Of a stretch of 42,418 nucleotides of DNA, positions 31,137 to 38,367 are shown piece by piece. Numbering within the stretch: the stretch's first letter is position 1; each line of letters starts with the position of its first letter. Both the position numbers and the translations under genes were made by a program. Under the pieces are notes generated by a model. The model had not been told where the DNA came from, searched no databases, and worked only from the letters and a program-made list of their open reading frames with translations. The stretch comes from a virus: the IMG/VR virus record IMGVR_UViG_3300026026_000070, positions 1 through 42,418 of that record. One strand, written 5' to 3'.

Positions 31137-31637
31137 ATGCCCCGACGGACAGTCAATCAGCGCATTCGCTTGCCACGCACAGAGAGTGCGCCGCCACAGG
31201 TACGCGCGCGAATGGATCGCTTTGTCGAGGGCTTGCTTATGGGACTTGGGAGCACGTCGGCGGCGGTCTTTGCGGGTTTGTCCTCACGATCTGCCGCACG
31301 CCAAGGGGCAAAGTGGCGTTGTGATCCATACGTGCGTGAGCGCTTTACAAAGCTGCGCGAGCAATTGACCAAAGATGAGATTTGCAGCTTTGCAGAGTTA
31401 GCGCTCAACGTAAAGTCAATTGCATTTGACGAGCAAAAGAATGCGCACGTTCGTGTTACAGCGTCTGCACTTATGGCGCGCATTATGGGCCACGAAGCGC
31501 CAGCCAAGTTTGCAGGTACAGTCAATGGCGGCGTGCTATTGATTCCAGTTGCTGAGAGCATGGAATTGTGGGAGCAACAAGCAATTGCAGCACAAGCTGC
31601 ACTTCAAGCAGAGGTAGAGCAAGATGCACAACTATAA
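31137..31637 (+). CDS. terS: Terminase small subunit
   Basis: 166 aa, immediately upstream of the large-terminase region. The Terminase_2-like layout (FVEGLLMG...AAVFAGLSSRSAARQGAKWRCDPYV) is recalled by pattern, not searched. Confidence 0.65.
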   Translation: MPRRTVNQRIRLPRTESAPPQVRARMDRFVEGLLMGLGSTSAAVFAGLSSRSAARQGAKWRCDPYVRERFTKLREQLTKDEICSFAELALNVKSIAFDEQKNAHVRVTASALMARIMGHEAPAKFAGTVNGGVLLIPVAESMELWEQQAIAAQAALQAEVEQDAQL

Positions 31638-31881
31638 GCCACCACTGCTTGAAGTTGTTGTGCGCAGTAAGCACCTTGCGCGTATGGCACGTGCGAAAGC
31701 GCGCATGGATGCAATAGTTGCTGTGCAGGTTCCTGACGAAGAAAACACTGCGAAGTTTGGCGCTTGGTTGGACGCTGCTATTGACTTCGATGCTGCTGCC
31801 GAGCACGTATATGGTGTGCAAGTGGGCAATCAAACGCGACCTATTGAAATGCTCGGAGACGGGCTATTTGTTGTGAAGTGA
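31624..31881 (+). CDS. Hypothetical protein (85 aa) between terS and terL
   Basis: The ORF overlaps both neighbours by a few nt. Confidence 0.45.
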   Translation: MHNYKPPLLEVVVRSKHLARMARAKARMDAIVAVQVPDEENTAKFGAWLDAAIDFDAAAEHVYGVQVGNQTRPIEMLGDGLFVVK

Positions 31882-33431
31882 GCATGCAACAAGTAGTCGC
31901 GTGGAAGCCGCTAGGTACTGTTGCTGTGCAAGACAGCGAAGGCGCTTGGCAGTTGCATGTTAAGCGCATCACAGGTCAATTGCTCGCAATACAGTGCCAG
32001 TGTAATCATGTGTTCTTTCATGGGGCGCGTGGTCGAGGTTCGACAGAAGCTCAGTTGATGGCTTATCGGCGTTATGTTGGTGCAGGCTACGGCTCGCACT
32101 GGCGCGGTGTTGTGTTTGATCGCGAATACAAGAACCTTGATGATCTAATAGCCAAGTCGCATCGATTGTTCAATGGTCGAGGCGATGGGGCCGAGTTTCT
32201 CGCTAGTCGCAGTGATTACAAGTGGCGCTGGCCAACTGGCGAAGAACTGCTTATTAGGCAGATCAAAAAAGAGTCCGACTATTGGCTCTATCACGGGCAA
32301 GAGTTTCCATACATCGGTTGGAACGAGCTGCCCAAATATCCGACACCAACGCTCTACGATGCAATTGGCTCGTGTAATCGGAGCGGCTTCACTTCGCAAG
32401 AGCACTTCGCACGCACTGGCGTGCTGTTGCCGCCGATTCCATTGCGCACGTTTTCAACAGGCAACCCTTATGGTCCTGGCCACACTTGGGTAAAGAAGCG
32501 CTTTATTGATGTAGCCGAATCTGGACGCATAGTAAAGACGACCACTTTAGTCTTTAATCCGCAGACACAGCAACGCGAGAATGTGACCACTACACAAGTG
32601 GCAATCTTCGGCAGTTGGCGTGAAAATGAGCACCTGGATATACAGTACCTCGCTGGCTTAGAGCGCATGACCGACAAGGACAAGCGGGCAGCGTGGCGAG
32701 ATGGCAACTGGAATATTCTGTCAGGCGGAAGCTATGCAGTTGGCGACTTGTGGGGACAGCACCTAGTCAAGCCGCGTTTTTGTGTGCCCGCTGGTTGTCG
32801 TGTGTATCGTGCATTAGACTGGGGTAGCACCGCGCCCTTTAGCGTTGGTTGGTGGCTCAAAGCGACGGGCGAAGATATCACAATGCCAGATGGCTCTGTG
32901 TGGTGCCCGCCTGCTAATAGTCTTGTGCGCATCAATGAGTGGTACGGCAGCAAAGAGATTGGCACTAATATAGGACTGCGCTTGTCTGGTACTACAGTTG
33001 CTCGCGGCATTGTTGCGCGCGAGCAAGCTATGCTAGCTGATGGCTGGTTGCAAGAACCAGTGTGGGCAGGTCCTGCAGACAATTCGATTTACGGTGTTGA
33101 CGATGTTGGCAAAGCGTCGACTGCTGCGCTTATGGAAGCCGAAGGCGTCACCTGGACGCGATCTAACAAGTCGCAAGGCTCGCGCAAGCTAGGTCTAGAG
33201 TTGATTCGTGCGCGCTTGGAAAACTCACGCAGCAACGAAGGTCCGGGGTTGTACTACACAGACAATTGTCGTGCAGCACTCGCGCTCAATCCGACTTTGC
33301 CGCGAGATGAAGCGAAGCCAGACGAAGTAGACACCGAGTGCGAGGATCACTTGCATGATGAAGAACGTTATATGGTGCTTGACAGCGGCAACTTGCTACT
33401 TGAACACGTTGACATCACATTTGCGAGGTAA
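31878..33431 (+). CDS. terL: Terminase large subunit
   Basis: 517 aa. The Walker A-like text is HGARGRGST and the Walker B-like text is YIGWNEL. The nuclease-half motif is RALDWGSTAPFSVGWW. The start is GTG at 31878 or ATG at 31884. Confidence 0.85.
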   Translation: MSMQQVVAWKPLGTVAVQDSEGAWQLHVKRITGQLLAIQCQCNHVFFHGARGRGSTEAQLMAYRRYVGAGYGSHWRGVVFDREYKNLDDLIAKSHRLFNGRGDGAEFLASRSDYKWRWPTGEELLIRQIKKESDYWLYHGQEFPYIGWNELPKYPTPTLYDAIGSCNRSGFTSQEHFARTGVLLPPIPLRTFSTGNPYGPGHTWVKKRFIDVAESGRIVKTTTLVFNPQTQQRENVTTTQVAIFGSWRENEHLDIQYLAGLERMTDKDKRAAWRDGNWNILSGGSYAVGDLWGQHLVKPRFCVPAGCRVYRALDWGSTAPFSVGWWLKATGEDITMPDGSVWCPPANSLVRINEWYGSKEIGTNIGLRLSGTTVARGIVAREQAMLADGWLQEPVWAGPADNSIYGVDDVGKASTAALMEAEGVTWTRSNKSQGSRKLGLELIRARLENSRSNEGPGLYYTDNCRAALALNPTLPRDEAKPDEVDTECEDHLHDEERYMVLDSGNLLLEHVDITFAR

Positions 33432-33434
33432 ACA

Positions 33435-34889
33435 ATGAGTTACGAACAGACAGGGGTTGCTTTTTTTCGTGAGGAAGTTTGTTCGCGGCTAGAAGATTGG
33501 CAGTTAATCAATGACTGCATTGCTGGCCAGCGTACAGTCAAGGCAGCAGGTACCACATACTTGCCAATGCCAAATGCGGACGATACTAGTCGAGAAAACG
33601 TTGCACGCTATGCACAGTACAAGCAACGTGCTGTGTTCTACAATGTAACTCGACGAACGCACAAGGGATTGACGGCGCTTGCTTTTGTTGATCCGCCTAC
33701 TATCGTGCTGCCTACAGGGCTCGACAGTTTGCGCCTCGACATTGATGGTGGTGGGGTGAGCTTGCAGCAGCAAATGCAAGCTACACTTGGTAAGGTAGCA
33801 GCGTTGGGTAGGTGCGGTTTGCTGACTGACTATCCAGTTGTCAATGCTCCCGTCAGTCGAGCCAGCTTAGTAGCAAATCTAGGCTTGCGTCCGATCATGC
33901 GTACTTATGACCCTCAAGACATTATCAATTGGCGAACAATGTCAATTGGCGCGCGTACAGTACCAAGTCTGATTGTGCTTGCAGAAAGTTGCCCAGTAAC
34001 CACTGATGACGGCTTTGGTATTGAGTACGTACAACAGTGGCGCGTATTGCGCCTTGTGGATACGCCTTCGGGTGGTCTAGCGTGCTCGACTACTATCTAT
34101 CGCGACACTGATGCCGGAAGGCAACCCGTGGAAACGCATGTTTTGCTTGACAGTGCAGGCAATCCGTTGCAGTCAATTCCGTTTGTTGCAATTGGCTCTG
34201 AGAACAATGATCTAGCTGTTGATGATCCGCCTATGCTTGATCTTGCAAACATGAACATAGCACATTACTGTGATAGCGCCGACTACCAAGAGTCAGTGTT
34301 CATTTGCGGGCAAGCTACCCCTGTACTAACCGGCATGACAAAGGATTGGTGGGAGGGTGTTATGCAAAAGAAGCTATCAATTGGTTCGCGCGCTGCTGTG
34401 GCGTTGCCGCAAGGCAGTGACTTGAAGCTAGTGCAGGCTCAAACAAATGGCATGGTTCGCGAGGCAATGCAGGACAAGGAACGCCAGATGGTAGCGCTTG
34501 GTGCGCGATTGATACAGTCGCGCGAAGTGCAGCGTACGGCAACTGAGGCTCGCATTGAGACTGCGAGCGAAATGTCAGTGCTTAGCACGTGCGCTAGTAA
34601 TGTCGCTGCGGCCTACGTGCAAGCCTTGACGTGGGCTGGCCAGTTTGTGGGTGTTAGCGGCACAGCTACAATTGATATTCATGCAAATGCCGAGCTTGAA
34701 CGCATGACACCTGCAGAACGTGCGCAGCTTATGAGCGAGGTGCAGAATGGGCTTTTGTCCTGGACAGAAGGCCGTCGAAAAATGCGGCAAAGCGGTCTTG
34801 CGACGGATGAAGACGAGAAGGCTGTAATTGAGATTGCAGCTAGAAAGCAATCACAAACTGTGGCAGTGCCACAGGTAGCGCAACAATAG
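33435..34889 (+). CDS. Portal protein
   Basis: 484 aa, directly after terL. The YAQYKQRAVFYNVTRRTHKGLTALAF motif is reminiscent of DUF4055-type portals. Confidence 0.8.
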   Translation: MSYEQTGVAFFREEVCSRLEDWQLINDCIAGQRTVKAAGTTYLPMPNADDTSRENVARYAQYKQRAVFYNVTRRTHKGLTALAFVDPPTIVLPTGLDSLRLDIDGGGVSLQQQMQATLGKVAALGRCGLLTDYPVVNAPVSRASLVANLGLRPIMRTYDPQDIINWRTMSIGARTVPSLIVLAESCPVTTDDGFGIEYVQQWRVLRLVDTPSGGLACSTTIYRDTDAGRQPVETHVLLDSAGNPLQSIPFVAIGSENNDLAVDDPPMLDLANMNIAHYCDSADYQESVFICGQATPVLTGMTKDWWEGVMQKKLSIGSRAAVALPQGSDLKLVQAQTNGMVREAMQDKERQMVALGARLIQSREVQRTATEARIETASEMSVLSTCASNVAAAYVQALTWAGQFVGVSGTATIDIHANAELERMTPAERAQLMSEVQNGLLSWTEGRRKMRQSGLATDEDEKAVIEIAARKQSQTVAVPQVAQQ

Positions 34890-34906
34890 AAAGGGGCAGT
34901 GCTCTA

Positions 34907-35644
34907 ATGATCAAGACGATGATTGAGAAACTAGAAGAAGTTCCCGAGGTTCTTCGTAGTGAGTACAAGCAGGGGTCGGATGGCAAGTTCTACGCCGATC
35001 TTGGCGACAGATTGCCGGACACGCATCCTGTTGTTGGAGCGCTTGTGCGCGCCAAGCAGCACGAAGCTGATGAGAAGCAACAGGTTGCTACGCTGCTTGC
35101 ACAGACAAAAGCGGAGCTTGAGAAAGCTAAGAATGATCTGCACGATCGCCTCAAGGGCAAGGTGTCGCAAGGTGATCTCGAAGCACTTGAGGCGAGCTAC
35201 AAGACAAAGATCACCGATGCAGAAACAGCAGGCAAGGCGACTGCCGATACGTTGCGATCAAGTCTGCGTGATGTGCTAGTCAACAACGTTGCCATGCGAA
35301 TAGCCGGAAAGCTAGCTGTGGACAGTGATGCTGCTGAGTTGCTAGCTGAATCGATTCAAAAGCGGCTCACTGTCGAGTATGGCAGCGACGGCAAGGCTGT
35401 CACTCGCGTGCTGGACAGCGCGGGCAAGCCTTCCGCAGCGACGATCGAAGATCTCGAAAAAGAAATAGTTGGCACAAAGAAGTATGCCGGGCTACTATCA
35501 GCCTCAAAGGCTTCAGGAGGCAGTGCCTCGGGAGTAATCATCGGCGCAAGCAGTGCTTCGCCAGGCAAAGTTGACTGGCTTCGAGGCAACCCCGCCGACT
35601 TGGCTGCGGCTGCTGTAAAAGCAAACCCAATTCTCGGAGGATAG
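34907..35644 (+). CDS. Scaffolding protein
   Basis: 245 aa, helical and charged, located between the portal and capsid genes. Confidence 0.7.
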   Translation: MIKTMIEKLEEVPEVLRSEYKQGSDGKFYADLGDRLPDTHPVVGALVRAKQHEADEKQQVATLLAQTKAELEKAKNDLHDRLKGKVSQGDLEALEASYKTKITDAETAGKATADTLRSSLRDVLVNNVAMRIAGKLAVDSDAAELLAESIQKRLTVEYGSDGKAVTRVLDSAGKPSAATIEDLEKEIVGTKKYAGLLSASKASGGSASGVIIGASSASPGKVDWLRGNPADLAAAAVKANPILGG

Positions 35645-35647
35645 TAC

Positions 35648-36613
35648 ATGGCCGCTAGCAATTTGACAAACTTGCAGGTATTTGAACGAACGCTCGAAAC
35701 TGCAATGATGCAAGGGATCGCTCAGATGGTCGATGTCTTGAACGGTGCAAGCCGCAACACAATTGTGTTGAAGGCAGGCAACAATCCAGGCGACTACAAC
35801 AGAGAAGCGATCTATGACATGGAGGATGCTGTTGTCCTTCGTGATGTCTACAGCGACGACGCTGTAGCTGAGGCGAATCTGTCACGTGACGTGGTAGGTG
35901 GTGTTCGGCTGTCTTACGGCACGAAGCCGATTCGCATCGATCAAGCGTTGTGGAACCATATTGGACGCGCGCCAGGAGAAGCGGCGATTGTGGTTGCACA
36001 GCGCCTCGGGCCAGCGTTCTTGCAGCAAAAGCTGAATCTGGCTATTGCTGCGGCTGCGGCTGCGTTGCAGACGATCGGATCTGATGTTGTGTACGACAGC
36101 ACGGATGACGTGATTTCGCTGGATGCACTCAACAGTGGCGCTGCGAAGTTCGGTGACCGGTCAGGTGCTATCGCGGCCTGGGTTATGCACAGCACTCCTT
36201 TCCATCAGTTGATCGCGGCAGGCTTGGCGAATGCCAAGTCACTGTTTACCTACGGCACGGTCAGCATCATGGCTGACATCGTGGGTCGACCCTTCATCGT
36301 GACTGATGCGCCGGATCTGATTGCCGAAGATGGCGACTATCTGACGATCGGACTCGTGCAAGGTGCTTTGACGATGGAGGAAAATCCGGGTTTCCGTGCT
36401 GTCACGCAGACGACTACCGGAAAGACGAACATCACTGACACCTACCAGGCGGAAGGCAGCTTTAACTTGACGCTGAAGGGGCTCAAGTGGGACGAAGCAC
36501 ATGGCGGCGCGAGTCCACTTGCCGATGCTGTTGCTGTCGGCACCAACTGGGATCAAGTGGTCAACTCGATCAAGGACGGCCCAGGCGTCGTTGTACGCAG
36601 CGACGACACCTAA
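35648..36613 (+). CDS. Major capsid protein
   Basis: 321 aa, directly after the scaffold gene and followed by a strong stem-loop. Confidence 0.8.
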   Translation: MAASNLTNLQVFERTLETAMMQGIAQMVDVLNGASRNTIVLKAGNNPGDYNREAIYDMEDAVVLRDVYSDDAVAEANLSRDVVGGVRLSYGTKPIRIDQALWNHIGRAPGEAAIVVAQRLGPAFLQQKLNLAIAAAAAALQTIGSDVVYDSTDDVISLDALNSGAAKFGDRSGAIAAWVMHSTPFHQLIAAGLANAKSLFTYGTVSIMADIVGRPFIVTDAPDLIAEDGDYLTIGLVQGALTMEENPGFRAVTQTTTGKTNITDTYQAEGSFNLTLKGLKWDEAHGGASPLADAVAVGTNWDQVVNSIKDGPGVVVRSDDT

Positions 36614-36622
36614 TTGCAGCTT

Positions 36623-36656
36623 GCAAGCTAGCACTGAGTAATTGGTGCTAGCTTGC
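36623..36656 (+). terminator. 12-bp perfect stem-loop after the capsid gene (weak terminator or mRNA-stabilising hairpin)
   Basis: GCAAGCTAGCAC (36623..36634) pairs with GTGCTAGCTTGC (36645..36656). The following U-tract is poor (TGTTG). Confidence 0.4.
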
Positions 36657-36694
36657 TGTTGCGCTACTGCAAACTCTATCGAAAGGATTGAACA

Positions 36695-37153
36695 ATGCGA
36701 TTTCACGTTTTCTTGCTAGCACTCTTGGCGCTTGTGCTTGGCGCTGGCGGCGCACTCGCTGCGAAGAAGATCATCTATTTCACCGGTGGTCCCGTGCCGA
36801 CATCCGGTGAGAAGTCGACTATCACGACTCTAAGCGGGCAGGCTGCTGCACCCTACACTGTGGTCGTACGCAATGGACTGAAGGCGCGACTGCGTACTAC
36901 GCCCGAAAGCGCCGACTACTACGCAGGGGCAATTCCGCCCAACTATCGCGACGGTGGCATTGACAGTGGCACTGCTTTTGCGACTGTCTACAGCGTGACC
37001 AATCCGCCCGTGAACCCTGCGTTGCCCAGCGGACAAGCTACGCTGTACAACGGGCAGGTAGTCGCCTTACCCGGAGGGGGTTCGTTGACAGTGACCATTT
37101 CGGCCAACGCGATCACTGCGGTTGTTCATGTGGCCAAGGACGGAGGCACTTAA
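36695..37153 (+). CDS. Signal-peptide-bearing protein in the head module (152 aa)
   Basis: The N-terminus is MRFHVFLLALLALVLGAGGALAAKK. It shares motifs with the next ORF. Confidence 0.55.
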   Translation: MRFHVFLLALLALVLGAGGALAAKKIIYFTGGPVPTSGEKSTITTLSGQAAAPYTVVVRNGLKARLRTTPESADYYAGAIPPNYRDGGIDSGTAFATVYSVTNPPVNPALPSGQATLYNGQVVALPGGGSLTVTISANAITAVVHVAKDGGT

Positions 37154-37154
37154 C

Positions 37155-37394
37155 ATGCGCGAATCAAAGCAACAGCAGATTCTCTTTTTCGTCAACGGTG
37201 CTGTGCCGACTGCAGCCGACTACGCCGCAGCCGAAGCACTGGGCACAAAGACCTTTCGCAATGCGCGCAAGTCAAGCTTGCCGCCCAAGGACGGTTGCCG
37301 TTGTGCCGGCTGCGTTCCGCCTGCCTATCTCAAGGCGAAGAACGTGACTGTGGTGCAGCCGCAGTTGCAACAGGCGAAGCCAAACAACAAGTAG
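37155..37394 (+). CDS. Small paralogue of the preceding gene (79 aa)
   Basis: The ATG lies 2 nt after the upstream stop. ILFFVNGAVPTAAD and CAGCVPPAY parallel IIYFTGGPVPTSGE and YAGAIPPNY in the preceding gene. Confidence 0.5.
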   Translation: MRESKQQQILFFVNGAVPTAADYAAAEALGTKTFRNARKSSLPPKDGCRCAGCVPPAYLKAKNVTVVQPQLQQAKPNNK

Positions 37395-37408
37395 CCAGGG
37401 GGTAAAGC

Positions 37409-37930
37409 GTGGCTATAACAGTTGAAGACGGGACAGTGGTAGCAAACGCAAATAGCTACACAACTGTTGCAGCCACGCAAGCCTTTGCAACTGCGCGAGG
37501 GTTGCTGCTGCCTACAGGCACAGGTGCAGACGCTGCAATTGAGAAATTGCTGATTACAGCAATGGACTACATCGAAGGCTTGCGCGCTGAATTTCAAGGC
37601 AGAAAGACCGACAAGGATAATCCCTTGCAGTGGCCGCGCGAGGGAGTATGGGTCGATAGCTTCGAGGTGGAAGAAGACGAGATTCCTACTTGCTTGGTGC
37701 AGGCACAGCAGCGCCTAGCTTGCTACGCATACGCCAATGATGGTGTGCTTAGCGCGACAAGCGAAGGGCGCGTTGTCGTAGAGGAGACTGTCGTGGGCGC
37801 GACTACTACGCGCTACGCGGATCATGGCGACAGTGCGCCGCAACCTCAATTTCCAGAGGCGGACACGCTGCTAGCGCCACTACTGCAAGTTTCTTTGTTT
37901 GGCGGTGTTGGCGTGACGATTCGAGTGTAA
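37409..37930 (+). CDS. Head-tail connector (gp6-like / DnaT-like family)
   Basis: It has a GTG start. The N-terminus MAITVEDGTVVANANSYTTVAATQAFATARG is typical of gp6-like adaptors. Confidence 0.65.
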   Translation: MAITVEDGTVVANANSYTTVAATQAFATARGLLLPTGTGADAAIEKLLITAMDYIEGLRAEFQGRKTDKDNPLQWPREGVWVDSFEVEEDEIPTCLVQAQQRLACYAYANDGVLSATSEGRVVVEETVVGATTTRYADHGDSAPQPQFPEADTLLAPLLQVSLFGGVGVTIRV

Positions 37931-37957
37931 ACACTTCAACAGAGGGAGAATTGTTCA

Positions 37958-38356
37958 ATGAAACTGTCAGTTGCCCGCAGAAATGCACAGCTTGATAACC
38001 TTTGCGCCGCGCTCAATACCGGCTATTTGCGTATCTATAGCGGCACAAAGCCCACCAACGCGGACACCGCTCTCAATAGCAATACGCTACTGGCGGAACT
38101 GCGCTTTGGCGCTACCGCGTTTGCTGCGGCCAATGCCGGATCGGCGGCAGCAAACGCGATTACACAGGATAGCTCGGCGGATGCGACGGGGACGCATACG
38201 TTTGCGCGGTTGTTCGCTTCTGACGGAACAACGGCGATTTGCGACGTCACTACGGGAACCAGTGGCGCGGAGTTGAATTTGTCGTCGGCGACAATTCAAA
38301 GCGGCGTAATCGTGCAAGTAACATCGCTTACGTTGTCGCAGCCGGATGGATCGTAA
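37958..38356 (+). CDS. Hypothetical virion-module protein (132 aa)
   Basis: The ORF lies in the neck module with GGGAGA upstream. I recognised no family. Confidence 0.5.
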   Translation: MKLSVARRNAQLDNLCAALNTGYLRIYSGTKPTNADTALNSNTLLAELRFGATAFAAANAGSAAANAITQDSSADATGTHTFARLFASDGTTAICDVTTGTSGAELNLSSATIQSGVIVQVTSLTLSQPDGS

Positions 38357-38367
38357 GCGGGGAATCG

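Noticed and set aside
38239-38367. TTG start at 38239 for the large neck protein (track ORF 38239..41142)
   Set aside because: It would overlap the preceding 132-aa gene by 118 nt. The first in-frame start codon after that gene's stop is the GTG at 38368, which has GGGGA upstream.
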